A DNA stretch of 64,000 nt from Mantamonas sphyraenae STR306 (GCA_026936335.1 JAPMXV010000017.1:186001-250000), one strand, 5' to 3'; shown: positions 23,084 to 35,740, numbered from the stretch's first letter. Program-made: numbers and translations. Notes: a model not told the origin generated them from the sequence alone.

Positions 23084-25531
23084 TCACGCCCCAATGAGAT
23101 CCGTGAGCAGCTTCTGCAGCTTGTTCTTGTTCAGTTGTCTGCCCTGCCGTTGGGCTTGCTTGCCTGCACGGCGGATCGTGTCCGTGTGCGTAGCGCACAT
23201 GGCGTTCAGGGCATCCAAGTGACCCTGAGCTGCATCGTTGGCCTCTTGCTGCGCATCCTGCAGACGCTGTTGGATGTCTTGCACGAGAGCGCGTTGTGCA
23301 CGCGCATGCTGCTTGGTCAGCGCCTCCATTTCGCGTTGCTGAGCCCTGGCCAGTGCCTCCAGCTCCTTGCGGCCCTTGGCAAACGCACGCTCCAGAACCT
23401 TTGTGTGGCGGGCATGGTCACGTTTGGCTTCCTTTGTGTGCTTCTCCAGCGCAGTCAACGCATCGGTTCGTGCTTGGTCGACCTCGGTGCGCCGCTTGCT
23501 CATGGTTCGTCCCAACGTCTTGACCAGAGCGCGAATCACACGCTCCTCCTCCTCTTCGCCTTCTCCTGCTGCTTCTTCGACACTGTCTTGGTCTGAGTCG
23601 TCTTTTTCGTCATCTTCATCCTTGTCCTGTGCATTGTTTGCATTGCGTTTCGCTGAAGCAGTCCGATCCGCTGAGCGACGGTGTGTGCGCGGCGGCGTAA
23701 GGTCCCGAGGGGAATGATGCATGTCAAACACCTGCATGAGATTCACACGCATGCGCTTGGGAGCAGGAGGTTCTGGGAGCGGTGTGGTGAATGCGTCGCC
23801 GTCGCTGACCTCGCTGATGGATTCCACACTACGGGCTGCAACAGGGGTCTCTGAAAGCGCATTGGAGACACGAGGAGGCTCTGCGTCAAAAATGGCAGCC
23901 AGGGAGCGGCGTGCTCCGCCGTCGTCCACCAAGGGAGCAAACTCGGCACGCGATCGTTTGCGGCCGATCGACGGAGACTGATGCAGGTCGGCTGAGCTTG
24001 CACTTGACGATCCAACGCTGGCTCCACTGGCCCAGTGTCCCTTGGCCAGGGCCTCGGTGATCAACGCGACAGACACCTTGGGCGTGCGATTGCGGAGAAG
24101 GGCCGATGCGTGTGTGCCAAGATGTGCTGCCATCCGTTCGTACAGGGCTGCACTGGGCAGATTCAGCGTGTATGTGTGATGATCCACCGTTTCAAACTCC
24201 ACGCATGCGTTCTTGGCCTTTGTGGTCACAGCCGCGAGAGCAGATGCGTGAAGCGGCAGCACAAGCCAGTCTGGATGGGCAATGTGGCGTCCACAGCCAC
24301 GCACAGCCACGGCACACCACATCAACACAAATTTTTCGTGCATGTGCACACACACACTGTGCTCCTCATCCAAATTGCCATGCATCCACATCTGAGGGGC
24401 GGGAGACGAGGACGACGAGGACGACGATGACGAGGTGGAGATCTGCGCATCCAGCAGGGCACACACACGCTCGTGGGCCTTGAATGTGAAGCTGCTGTGG
24501 ATGACCTGGCGTGTGAGAGCGCGATCGTCGCCAAACACAGGCTCGAGGTCGGATTGGGTCACGCCGGAACGAGCACGGAGGATCTCCTGACACAGGAGTT
24601 GGAGGGTGTGCAGGGCGGTGACACGAAGGAGCATCACCAGCGATGTGTTGGACACCACAGTCTGGTACAGCTGCTTGAGCTGGTCGAGGTAGCCGCCGCG
24701 TCGCAGAAAGGCACGGCGTGTGGTTTTGGTGTCGGTGAGGAGCACGCGCAGCAGATGTGCAGCTGCCAGTTGGACCATTTGTGTCTGGACAGGGGCGTCG
24801 ACGGGTGCAGGGCGCATGTTTACGAGCTGGCGCAGGAGCAGATCCAGGTTGTCTGGCGTACCCAATGTGTTCTTGTTGCGGCGAGACACAGCGGCCATGC
24901 GGGTCAGGATGCGCAGCAATGTGGCGTCAATGTCGTACAGCGCACCAGACACCAATGCTTGGCTGCTGCTCAGCGATTCGGTGACACTCCGAAGCATTTC
25001 CAAAAGGTGATCGAGCAGCGAGGCCTGCATCAGCACACTGTTCAGACGGATCAGCGCATGGCCCTTCAACAACGGCAGCCACATAGAGAACGAATCCAGA
25101 ATGCCAAGTACGGTGTGTGCTGTGCGGAAGCGATCGGAAGTCAGCTCGCTCAAGGCCAAGTGGTGAGCTCCTGTGCATTGGTTGCGCTCAGCTGGCCTGC
25201 CACCGAATCCTGACCACGACTCAACGCTCCTGCCAGCCGTGTGCCATATGCTTCCAGGTCGTCATACAACGCCTTCCAATCGTGGCTCTGGTGATGTGTG
25301 GACGCCAACACAGAAGAAAGGGACTGTGGTGCACGCACACGCGGCAAGGGCCGTACAGGCGGTGTGAGCGAACGTGTCAGGAATTTCGGGCAAACTCGAT
25401 TCCTGACAAGAGCCACGGCCCGCAGAAAGAGCATTGTCGTGCTCAAACACACACAGCATGGACATCAAATACGCAGGAAAAAGCGTGGGGAATGCACAAA
25501 GGGCGCAGACGGGCTGCCTGCAGCTCACCAT
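23084..25531 (-). CDS. ARM-like + PH-like + coiled-coil protein, candidate SYCP2/Red1/ASY3-type meiotic axis protein
   Basis: Helical N-terminal half, beta-rich segment, RTPKVSVA motif, S/T-P-rich disordered region, C-terminal coiled coil. Putative ATG-only first exon (25529-31), intron 25324-25528, apparent frameshift at about 25160. Confidence 0.5.
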
Positions 25532-25580
25532 GACGGGGCAGAGTTGGAAGCGCGGGCGCAGCGCGCATCGACGCAAAGCG

Positions 25581-27126
25581 ATGGCGAGTGAGGCAGAAGA
25601 GGCGGACGTGGGTGTACCCAGTGACACCACCCAAGTTGAAGACACACACGCCGACGCGACGGGATCAGGCGACACAGAGGAGCCACACCAGGAGCAGGCG
25701 GGCGACGAGAACAACGGTCCGTCGGCATCCAACAATGAGGAGGCAGATGACCGCGCAGAGGATACAGCCATTGTCAATAGTGGGAAAGGGGTCGAGGAGG
25801 AGGACGAGGAAGTTGTTCTGGTCAATGATGGCACGCACGACCTGCTCACCGGAGAGCCGTTTCAGGTCGAGGCGCAGGATTGGCCACAGCACGTACGTGT
25901 GTTTTGCGCAATGTGGAATCTGCACGGAAAGGTAAGCAAGGGCCGCAACGAGGCAATGGAGGAACCGAGAAGGCGAGATAGCGAGCGAGACGACGTGGGG
26001 AGCCGCTGAAACTGACGCCGAATTGGCGCGTCGCCCTGCACAGCCAGCACCCGAGGAATTGTACAACATGGTGCCGGAGAACCCGGAAGAGTTTGACTTG
26101 ATTGTCATCGGCTCGGTGGAATGCGAGCAGAGCATACAAAAAGCGATGGTGTACTCATCCAAGTCACATTGGGAGGCGTTGCTGCAAGAGAAGATCGGGA
26201 AAGGGCACGCAGAGCTGGCCTCGCGCACGATGGCTGCCATTCACATCATTGCGTTTGCCAAACATGCACTGTTTGCACACGTGAGCAATGTTCTGACAGC
26301 ACAGGTTGCCGCAGGTGTGGGAAACGTGGTGGCCAACAAAGGCGGCGTGGCGATCTCCTTCAAACTTGGCCGCACCAGCTTCCTCTTTGTCAACTGCCAC
26401 TTTGCAGCCCACCAACGCAAGATCAGCGACCGCAACGAGAACTATCATCGCATTGCCAACAAGCTCGCGTCTGCTTTTGCGAACAATGGCCTCGTGCCCG
26501 AAGACGAGGAAGCCGCTGCCTCGGCCAAAAAGCCAAAGGGTCTGCGCGCCTGGTTCTCACGCTCCTCCTCATCGTCCTCTGTACAATCGTCTGCTTCGGG
26601 CGGCTCCTCTTCGTCGTCCTACGCCTCGTCGTCGTCGTTGTCGTCGGGGACGAGCAACAGCAAGCTGAACGCCACCGACAGCCACGATCGCGTGTTTTGG
26701 ATGGGGGATCTCAACTATCGCATCAATGGCACCCGCAAGATGGTGGATGCACTTCTGGGAGCTCGCATGATTGAGGTGCTGGTAGCCAATGACCAGCTTG
26801 GCATCGAACGCGCAGCCGGGCGCGTATTTACGGGCTTCCAAGAGGCGCCGCTCACGTTTGCCCCCACGTACAAGTACGACCCGGGCACAGACACGTACGA
26901 CACAAGCAGCAAGAGCAGGATACCCAGCTTCACAGACCGCATCCTCTTCAAGGAGAACAGCAGCCGTGCGGGCAATCTCATACGCTGCCTGCGATACGAC
27001 TGCGTGCAGGAACAGTTGTTTTCAGACCACAAGCCTGTGCTGTGCGAGTTTGAGGCGGAGTGGGAAAAGGTGGATGACGAGTTTACTCGTACCGACGCCG
27101 ACAGTGCTGCGTGTGTTTTGCTGTGA
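25581..27126 (+). CDS. INPP5E: Inositol polyphosphate 5-phosphatase, INPP5E-like (intron about 25932-26043)
   Basis: MWNLHGK, ANKGGVAIS, FVNCHFAAHQ, FWMGDLNYRI, PTYKYD, RIPSFTDRIL, SDHKPV and C-terminal CaaX CVLL. Confidence 0.85.
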
Positions 27127-27146
27127 CGTGCTCGGTCGCGCAAGGA

Positions 27147-29729
27147 TCAACGAAGCTGGCTGCGATACGTGTGTGCAAGCAACTGCCACATGGAACCATT
27201 GGTCAGGGCTTCAATGTGGCTCCTGCGACCAATGGCGTTGTCGAGTGAAATGGCGCCGTCGTCGTCGAGGACGACGTGCGCGCGAATAAGTTCGGTTGTG
27301 CTGTGCTCATCGCTCAGCGGATCCAGCAGGTTGTGGACCATTTCAATGTACATGGCGCCGATCTTTTGGTCTTCGACGGCAACCACAGGCGTTTGGATGC
27401 GTGCAGAGTAGGCTGGCACGTAGCGGTCGTCGGCAAGCGAAATGAGCAGCACGTGTTCAAACAGCGCCAGGCCGGGCATTGTGCTCAGCTGGTACAGATA
27501 CGACTGGCGTGGGTCTCCATCGGCACCGTCCTCCAGCATGAGCTGGCTCAGACAGGCGCTCTTGCTGACAAAGCCCCAGATCTTGAGGGCGTTGGCTGTC
27601 GCTGTCTCGCCGTACAGGTAGCCGATGTGTGGCGAGCAAAGCGACATCATGGTTTGCATGCAAGCGTGCCAGGGCTCTAGAGTCTCCTGGGCCAAGGCAG
27701 CACGCACAATCACGCCGCCGAGAGAGTGTGCCACAAACGAAATGCGAGCCACCTCGGGGTCCTCCTGCAGGACGGCGCTGACCTCAAAGGCAAGGTTGCG
27801 GCCCATGGTTTCAATACTGCACATGGTGTCGCTCTCGTTAAAGGTGCTGACGTAGAACCGCGCGTCGGGCACCTCGCAGGCAATGTAGTTCCGCACCAGC
27901 ATCATGTCCCAGCTGTGTGCTTGGAAGCCGTGTACAAGCACAATCAGGTGTTTGCCTGTCTTTCTGCGTTTGTACGAATCTTCCTCCACCAGGCTCTGCG
28001 ATCCCTTCTCCTTGCGTTCCTGCTGCTTTTTGGAAGGCGACACCAGCACGTGTGTCACCTGCGCCTCGCGCTGCGTCTCGAGATCCCACGCGTAGCGTTC
28101 CTGCACAATCATCGGGTGTCTGCTGGCATCCCACAGCGTCTCGTTCATGTTGTGCAACAGCAGGTCTTCTGTCAGTGCGGCTGCAAAGGACTCACTTGCG
28201 ATCGTGTCGCGCACAAAGGACAGGGTCGTGGAGGATGAGGATGAGGATGAGGATGAGGATGAAGATGAGGATGAGGATGAAACGCTTGGAGAGTCACTTT
28301 TGCTGCAGCCGATGGTGTTGGTGGGAAAGCAGACCTGTTTGAGCGCAAAGCTGTAGTCAAACAGCGCGTGCTCAAACCGCCTGCGTCTGTTGTTGCCTTC
28401 GCTTTGCGCACGCTTCCATACCGCAGGCACGGCAGCGTACGCGTAGAAATGCAGATAATGATGCCACAGGTCGACCAGCTCGGCCTGCAGGTTTGCGCCG
28501 AGGGTGCTTACGCCCAGCCCGGCTACAAGTGACTCGATTGCACGCTTGGCTGCCTCTGTGGTTGGACCCGTTTTCAGATCCAGCGACGCTCGCGCCTGTC
28601 GGTGTTCGTTTGTCAGTGGTCGCAATTCCTGCCACTGAAGGTTGATGGCGCGCATGTTGCTGAGAAACTCGGCTGCATCCGTGTCTGCCTCGTCCAGGAG
28701 CCTGGCTTCGGCCTCGACGCCCAGCGACGGCGCCTGACTGGGAAAGCAGGGCATCAAATCGTTGTTGACCATACGCAGGAGCACATAGTCCTCGGCATAG
28801 AGGGCAGACAGGCGCAGGTGGGCGTTGCTCAGCGTCAGGCTGTGTTCCAGCTCGTCGCCCTCGGCCATGGGAGTCTCTGAGGAGAAGCCAACAAACTGGC
28901 GGTGGAGCACCACTTCAAGCGTGGCCATGTTCCACGGTTCAAAGTGTACACAGTGGAAGGCACGGAGCGAGGCGCCGTGTGCGTCCGACCGAAGATGCCC
29001 ACCTTCCAGCACCAGCCGGCACGTGTCGATGACGGAAAAGGTGTCGTTGTCCACACTGCCGGCAACCTGATCTGTGTTGAGCATCAGTTCCAGGGTCACC
29101 TCGACTCGAGGCATTTGCTGGGCGCAGCACGACGGCCAGTTGATGCGAAACACGTGCAGCTCCTGCACCAGTAGCTCCTGGTTGGCAAAACGCACCCAGT
29201 AGGGCCTACTCACTGCGTGTGTGTGCAGTTGTGCAGACTCGGCTTCTTCCTGCTCGGTCTGCGACTCTGTACCGACCTCAACGTCTTCGTGCGCCTCTTC
29301 TTCCGTAGCGTACTTGGCACTCTTGCGGCCCAAGCGCAAACGCAACGGCGTGGACAGCCGCTCCATACCAAAGCGAGAGGAGGAAGTGCTGCTGGAGCGC
29401 TCCATGTCCATCACAAACTCATCGTCAGGCTTCCAGTGCGCATACCAGCTGGCGCGCGGCCCACGGCGGGACACACGCACACACTGCACAACGTGACCCT
29501 GCACTTCGTGAGAACGTGGGCGACTGCGCCGTCTACGCCATGACGACGACGTTGATGACCTGGATGTGGACGGAGAGGGCGACCCAAACGAGGCGGCTGC
29601 GGAAGCGGAAGGCTCCACCGGGTGGTCGCACGCCAGGGCCTTTGCACTTGAACGCACGCAATAGTGGCCCTGCGTGCCCAACCCAATGTTTTTCAGTTTG
29701 TCAAACTGCACAATGACCTCGATCCACAT
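27147..29729 (-). CDS. FAM135-like putative lipase (DUF676 alpha/beta hydrolase)
   Basis: N-terminal FDKLKNIGLGTQGHYCVR. HLIVLVHGFQAHSWDM, ISFVAHSLGGVIVR, SPHIGY, DRYVPAYSARI and NAIGRRSHI. Confidence 0.85.
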   Translation of the reverse strand: MWIEVIVQFDKLKNIGLGTQGHYCVRSSAKALACDHPVEPSASAAASFGSPSPSTSRSSTSSSWRRRRSRPRSHEVQGHVVQCVRVSRRGPRASWYAHWKPDDEFVMDMERSSSTSSSRFGMERLSTPLRLRLGRKSAKYATEEEAHEDVEVGTESQTEQEEAESAQLHTHAVSRPYWVRFANQELLVQELHVFRINWPSCCAQQMPRVEVTLELMLNTDQVAGSVDNDTFSVIDTCRLVLEGGHLRSDAHGASLRAFHCVHFEPWNMATLEVVLHRQFVGFSSETPMAEGDELEHSLTLSNAHLRLSALYAEDYVLLRMVNNDLMPCFPSQAPSLGVEAEARLLDEADTDAAEFLSNMRAINLQWQELRPLTNEHRQARASLDLKTGPTTEAAKRAIESLVAGLGVSTLGANLQAELVDLWHHYLHFYAYAAVPAVWKRAQSEGNNRRRRFEHALFDYSFALKQVCFPTNTIGCSKSDSPSVSSSSSSSSSSSSSSSSSTTLSFVRDTIASESFAAALTEDLLLHNMNETLWDASRHPMIVQERYAWDLETQREAQVTHVLVSPSKKQQERKEKGSQSLVEEDSYKRRKTGKHLIVLVHGFQAHSWDMMLVRNYIACEVPDARFYVSTFNESDTMCSIETMGRNLAFEVSAVLQEDPEVARISFVAHSLGGVIVRAALAQETLEPWHACMQTMMSLCSPHIGYLYGETATANALKIWGFVSKSACLSQLMLEDGADGDPRQSYLYQLSTMPGLALFEHVLLISLADDRYVPAYSARIQTPVVAVEDQKIGAMYIEMVHNLLDPLSDEHSTTELIRAHVVLDDDGAISLDNAIGRRSHIEALTNGSMWQLLAHTYRSQLR

Positions 29730-29857
29730 GGTGCAGGTCGTTGGCAGCAGACAACCACTGGCTTCGTTTGCGTCGCCGGGCGCGGTGCCGGGCAAGCGAA
29801 TCCACTGGACTACCAAACCAATCACACACACAGGAGCGCCCAGAAAACAATCCAATA

Positions 29858-30568
29858 ATGAGTTGGCGAAGCAGTGGCACATCCAACGCATCGCTGGTGG
29901 CAAACCTGCGACGGAACGGGCTGATTAGCCGCGACGAGGTGTTTGAAGCCATGAACTCGCTTGATCGGGGTGACTTTACACGCTACGGACCCTACGAAGA
30001 TGCGCCACAAAGCATCGGGTATGGCATCACCATTTCAGCACCCCACATGCATGCATGGTGCCTGGAGCTGCTCGTGGACCACGTCGTGGACGCCAAGCGT
30101 GTGCTCGATGTGGGCTGTGGCAGCGGCTACCTCACCGCCGCCATGGCTTTGATGATGAAGGACAAAGACGCAGTCGCAGTGGGGATTGACCACGTGCCGG
30201 AGCTGGTGGATCTGAGCCGCGAGAACATCGGCAGGCAAAATGGCGATCTGCTGGAGTCTGGCCGCATTGTTCTGGCGACTGCAGACGGGTTTGAAGGGTA
30301 CCCCGACATGGCGCCGTACGATTGCATTCATGTGGGCGCAGCAGCACCGGAGATCCCGCAGGCGTTGATTGAACAGCTCACAGTTGGCGGAAAACTCGTC
30401 CTGCCCGTGGGCACACACGAACAAACACTCGTGGAAGTGACGCGAGAAGACGAAGAAGGCAACTACACAGAAAAAGACATCACTGGGGTGATGTACGTGC
30501 CGCTCACGAGTGTGGAGAAGCAGTGGCCGCAGTCGAAAGGCGCAAAACAGAACAAAGGCAAAGAATGA
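29858..30568 (+). CDS. PCMT1: Protein-L-isoaspartate O-methyltransferase
   Basis: MSWRSSGTSNASLV, PQSIGYGITISAPHMHA, VLDVGCGSGYLTA, APYDCIHVGAAA and VMYVPLT. Confidence 0.95.
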   Translation: MSWRSSGTSNASLVANLRRNGLISRDEVFEAMNSLDRGDFTRYGPYEDAPQSIGYGITISAPHMHAWCLELLVDHVVDAKRVLDVGCGSGYLTAAMALMMKDKDAVAVGIDHVPELVDLSRENIGRQNGDLLESGRIVLATADGFEGYPDMAPYDCIHVGAAAPEIPQALIEQLTVGGKLVLPVGTHEQTLVEVTREDEEGNYTEKDITGVMYVPLTSVEKQWPQSKGAKQNKGKE

Positions 30569-30580
30569 TCTTGATATCAA

Positions 30581-33351
30581 CGTCTAGTGGTTCACGGCAC
30601 TCTCCTTCATCACCAACGCACCCACCACCAGACCCAAGGCAATCCCCGGTCCATGCAGCATCGCCCCTCGCTTCCATCCGCCGCCCTGCTTCTTCCCTGC
30701 CGCCACACTTCCGTCGTCATCCACCCCGTCCTCCTCATCCTCCTCATCGTCATCACTGCCGTCCTTGTTGCTCACTCGCCCCTTTCCTGCACCCACCTTG
30801 CCTTCGCCATGTCCTTCCACCCCGTGCAGGCTCTGCAGACGGGCAATCTCCCGCTCAGCATCCGCAATCTCCAGCTCCTTCTCCTTCAGCTGCTCCTTCA
30901 GGTTCACCTTGTCCTTGCACAACTTGCCCAGCAGCCGTGCCTTTGGATCCTTGCTTCCGTTGATCTCCTTGCTCAACGCAACCAGCGACTCATCCCCCAG
31001 GTTCGACAGCGCACTGGCATCCAGCATCACTGTCGTGTCCTCCGAGTTTGTCACACTGCTGCTGTTCAGAATGCTCGTTTCCATCTCTGCAAACCGCTTT
31101 TCCAGCTCCGCGTACTTGGCCTTCCACGCAGCCACCTCCTTCTGGCCCTCCTCCTCCTTCTTCTTCTTCTGGTTGCCCTTCTGCTTCGTGTTGCCCTCTG
31201 TCTCGGCTGCCGCTGCTGCTTTGGCTGCTGCCTCTTGCAACGTCCTCACCTGCTCCTCCAGCGCTGCGTTCTTCTGCTCCAACTGCTCCATCGCGGCCGC
31301 CGCTTGCTTCTCCTGCTGCTTGTTCGACCCACCCTTCTTCTTGCCCTTGCCACTGCCACCCTGCTGCTGTTGTTGTTGCTGTTGCTGCGCCAGTGCCTTG
31401 TTCTCCTTTTCCAGTTCCTTGATGCGTGCTTCCAGCGACGCTCGCTCAGCTTTGAACGCCGTGTTTGCCCGCTCCCGTGCTCCGGCTTCCACCTCCCGCA
31501 CAACAGTCGGCTTCAGCGACTCGTTCTCATCCTTTGCTCCTCCCTTGCTCGACGAGGCTGCTGCTGCTGCTGCTGCTGCTTCGGCCTCCGCCACCTTCTT
31601 CTCAAGTGCTGCATTGCGTGCTCGCTCCTCAGCCAGCTCCGTTTCCAGCGCCTTTCGCTTCTCCTTCAGCTCTCCGTACTGTTCCTTCAGCGGCTCATAC
31701 GCCTCTGTGCGTCGTGCCACCTCGGCTTCCAGTCGCTCCACCTTGTCCTCCAGTTGTCCCTTTTCCCGTTCCAGCGCAAGACACTTCTCTTCCACCGCCG
31801 CCACGTCCACCTCCTCCTGGCTCTCCAGCAGTTTCTTCAAGCCGTCTCGCTCCGTTTCCAGCCCGTGCTTGTCGCTTCGCAGCTGCTCCACCTCCTCCAG
31901 CACTGCGTCCACGTCTCCCACCTTGGCCAGCGTCGCTTCCAGTTCCTGCCTTGCTGCCCTTGCCTCTTCCAACTGCCGCAGTGTCCCTTCCACGTCGCCG
32001 CCCACCTTGTCCAAGTGTGCCTTTTGCTTGTCCACAATCGCTTGCTTTGCTGCAACCTCCCCTTCCAGTTGACGGATCATTGCCTGCTCCGCTTCCTTGT
32101 CGCCTGCTGCTTCCGCTGCCTCTTCAAGCGTCGCCACTTGCTCCTTCAGCCCAGCCACCTCCCGCCGGTGTGCCGTCGTGGCTTCGTTGCGCTTTGCCAC
32201 TTCCTCTGCAAGCTTCGTCTCCCATTCCTTCGTCACAGCCTCCACCGCCTCCTTCTGTGCGTCCTTGCTTGCGTTCACTGCCTCTTCAGCTGCGTGTGCT
32301 CGCTTCTCCAGCACATCCACAGTCTCTGTCAGCCGTGCTGCACGTGCTGCCTCCTTCTCCAGCTCCTCCACCTTCTCCTCCAGCTCCACAATCCGTGCTC
32401 GTGCGTGTTCGTGTCCGTGATGTCCGTGTCCGTGTCCGTGCTGTCCATGGCTCTCCTGACTGTTGCTTGTTGTTGTTGTCGTCGTCGTCGTCATCTCGCT
32501 GCTCGTGCTCTGTGTTTCGCTGCTACTGTGCTGCTCCTCGTGCTGGTGCGTGTGCTGGTAGTGTTCCGTGTGCATGCCGTGCGGCCGCTCGTGCTTCACC
32601 TCGTGCACATGTGCTGCCACACTCACATCCGGAAACTCCTCATCCTCGCCTCCTCCATCTGCCTCTTCGCTTTTGGCCGTCTCTGGTCGCGGCCCAATCG
32701 GTCCCAGGTTCTTGTTGTCCTTGCCCAACGACGGGAACCCGCCGGCGACCCAGTCTGTGCTCCACCTCCGCCACCGCCTTCCTCGTCGTCTCCCCACACC
32801 CCTGTCCTCTGCTATCCTCCGTGTGTGGGTCTCTTTCTGTGTCAGTGTGTCCCTCGCTCCGTGTGACCCGTTTCCCCCCGCCCCCACACGCTCCCAAACC
32901 TCTCGTCCATCCGCTTTCTCCGGCGCGCGGAAATCGTCAACGGCTCCTCCTTTGTCTCCGCCCCACGCTCCCGTCGTCACTCACAGACTTTACGCCCCAT
33001 GCATTCTGCGCAGGTGCAGGTGTGGATTGCTCATCCGGATTGCTATCCACGCTCTTGATGGGCTTGTTGCGCCTATTCTGGGCGGGCGAAGCGGAGGCTC
33101 CGGACGAGTCCACGCTGCTGCCTCCCGAGCTGTCGTTGCGCTTCTTGTTGCGTCCCCGGCGTCGTCGACGTTTGCCTTTGCCACCTCCATCGCCTCCTTG
33201 GTTGTTGCCAGACATGATGTTGCTGAGGTACGGGGTTTTTGTGTTTTGGTGTGCGGCCGCTCACTCAACTGTTGAGTGTGGCGGTCATGTTGAGAGTATG
33301 TCTCAGATCCATGTTGGTGGTGCTGGTCATCGTGTTTGTGGTGGTCGGGGT
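30581..33351. repeat. Left arm of a 2.75-kb inverted duplication (partner 36240-38987)
   Basis: Near-identical reverse-complement sequence and near-identical ORF translations. Confidence 0.95.
30584..33215 (-). CDS. Coiled-coil protein with C-terminal TM anchor (golgin-like), copy A
   Basis: Exon 1 MSGNNQGG...AWGVKS, intron, then long heptad repeats and terminal PGIALGLVVGALVM. Confidence 0.7.
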
Positions 33352-33355
33352 CACA

Positions 33356-34126
33356 TCATCCCAATGAGATCACGCTGACCCGGTTGGCAAACGAAAGCAC
33401 AGCGCTTTCCACAAAAACATCCACCCAAATGGGCACAGTGTCCTCGGATGTGTCCCCAGACTGGCACAATTGCTGAGCAGTTGCGTTGTAGGCGTTCACC
33501 ACGTCATTGAGCGGTTTGTGCGAGGTGAGATCCCCGTCCGCCACAGACAGACTCACGTGCACGTCCAACTCGTCTTCCTTGCCATCGTAGTATGTGTCAT
33601 GTCCCCATTGAGACATGACTCGGTTCACAGCCATCACCATTTGTTTCACCTGAGCACTGCCTTGTGCCGCTCGAAGGCCGACAAATGTTCGGCCGCGTGT
33701 TTCCGACGGATACAGAGCCAGCTGCCAGCCGAGTGTCAATGTAAAAGGCTCCACGTCGGCCAGGGCATCAGCAATGTGTTTGGAAAGATCTGCGTGCTCC
33801 ACCTCCCTTGTGGGCGTCGTGGTGGAGAGAGAAACGTGCGCGTCTTCCACGGCTGTCCAATGTGTCCCCTCTACCCCAGCGAGATGTGCACACACTTTGT
33901 CCCGAATGGATGCCAGCTCAGCACTTTGTACTTCCAAGCGCACGTGCGTAGGCCACCAGCCCAGCAGAAAGTCGAACCGTTGGCGTTTCTGATCAGCCCC
34001 GTCCGCAACGACCTGTGTGCTTTCTGCTTCCACCTCCTTGCGCTTGGATCCACTGTGTGGCTGAGGATCGTCATCATCACTTTTCTCCTCGTCGCTGTCG
34101 CTGACATACACAGTCAGATGTTGCAT
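33356..34126 (-). CDS. USB1: U6 snRNA phosphodiesterase (2H family)
   Basis: WPTHVRL and two HxS motifs (DAHVSLS, DVHVSLS); RTFVGL. Confidence 0.85.
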   Translation of the reverse strand: MQHLTVYVSDSDEEKSDDDDPQPHSGSKRKEVEAESTQVVADGADQKRQRFDFLLGWWPTHVRLEVQSAELASIRDKVCAHLAGVEGTHWTAVEDAHVSLSTTTPTREVEHADLSKHIADALADVEPFTLTLGWQLALYPSETRGRTFVGLRAAQGSAQVKQMVMAVNRVMSQWGHDTYYDGKEDELDVHVSLSVADGDLTSHKPLNDVVNAYNATAQQLCQSGDTSEDTVPIWVDVFVESAVLSFANRVSVISLG

Positions 34127-34171
34127 GGGCGACGCAGTGGCTGCAAGAGCGCGCAGAGACAACCAACCGCC

Positions 34172-35730
34172 ATGTCCCATCGCTTGCCAAGTGTGCTCTT
34201 GCTCCTGGCATTCGTCTCGGTGGCCTTGATTCCTGTAGCACTGGGGTCGGGGGCTGAGTATGACATGAGCGAGAGGCCGTGGGTGTCGCTTTGCTTCACG
34301 CGGTGGAGCTCCAGCCCGCGGTTCTGGCTCGCCAACCACCCCATGGCCTTGCAACTCTCACAGGGGGTGCTCCTTGCAGAGTACCATCAGGGACGGCTGG
34401 TGCCCACGGACCACCAGCTCTCTGCGTTCCGTCTGGCCATCTCAGCCGCTGCAAATGTCGACGTGCTCGGAGAAGCATCGCCTGTTGCCTTGTACGTACA
34501 CCTGCACTCTCTGTTGCCCGCCAACCTTGCGCACACGCCGTCCTAACACGCCGTCCACCATTCACCACACACATGCTGCACAGTAACTCGGAGCGTGCGC
34601 TCTTTTCGCATGGGGCGTACGAGAGGGCTCTGGACGACGTGTTGGCAAGAGCCCACTTGCAAGTCCGGCCCAAGGCGTCGGCACGGGTGCTGGTTACGTC
34701 CAGCTGGGACACATCGGTGTACGCAAACACACAAGAGGTGAGCACGTCGACATTTTCGTCTGTGCTCAGTCGTCCTCGACATGGCCAGAAGCAACTTGTG
34801 CCCTCGCTTTTCCCGCTCCTTACCGAGGCCGAACTTGGCGGCGTCTTGGACACAGTGTCGCCCAACGTATACTACACCTGCCAACAAGTGCTCCTCATGC
34901 CACTCTTCAACCTTTCCATGCACATCGACGCGGAAGCGGCCGCCCAGCAAACCTTCAATTCAGCGACGCCGCTGATCACCTCCCTCCTCCACGGCCACCG
35001 CCTGGCCGTGGCACTGAACATGACTGTGCCAGTGCGCAGCAATCCAACCGCGGTGGCATTTGAAAACGACAATGAGGACATTGTCGTCCACCTGCGTGAG
35101 GTGCTGGCCGGGCGCCTGGACTACGCCGGTTGGGACGCACTGTACAGCAACATCTCCTTTGCCGGACACTTTGAATGGCCGCGCACGTATGCAGAGAGTG
35201 TAACATTGGACCAGCAGCCCGAGATGAAGCAGCTGGAGGAGCTGACCGTGGAGGGACGGCACGTGAGCTTTGCCGAGCTGGACATTCGTCAGCTTCGCTC
35301 CATCAGTCAGATGTTGCAGCAGATGATGGCACGCGTGCATGTGAACGTGGCTCAACCTGTGGCTGTGGAAGTGTCCAACGTGACGACAACGGCGATTACG
35401 CCCATCCTGTTCAAGTCAAGCAAGTGTATCCGCAACCGCCTTCCTCCGCTAGCTCTGGTCATCTTTGTCGCCAATCTCACATTTATGGGTGTTATCATGT
35501 CCATTATGCTCGCCATCGTGGTGGCATACCTACTGACAGGCATGACACTCGCCTACGCCCAACGTCGGTACAACTACAACCTTGTCCCGTCGTGGATGTC
35601 TATCCACGACGTCGACACGACCCTGCACTTCATGTACATTCCTTGGCCCTGGCCATCCAATGATAACCAGCCTGGTCAACCTGCAGCAGCCGTTGCTGCA
35701 CCACAACCTCAACACGCTCACATCGAATGA
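34172..35730 (+). CDS. Hypothetical type I membrane protein (signal peptide, C-proximal TM segment); intron about 34494-34583
   Basis: MSHRLPSVLLLLAFVSVALIPVALG signal-like start; hydrophobic LALVIFVANLTFMGVIMSIMLAIVVAYLL. Confidence 0.6.
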
Positions 35731-35740
35731 ACTCTGTGTT

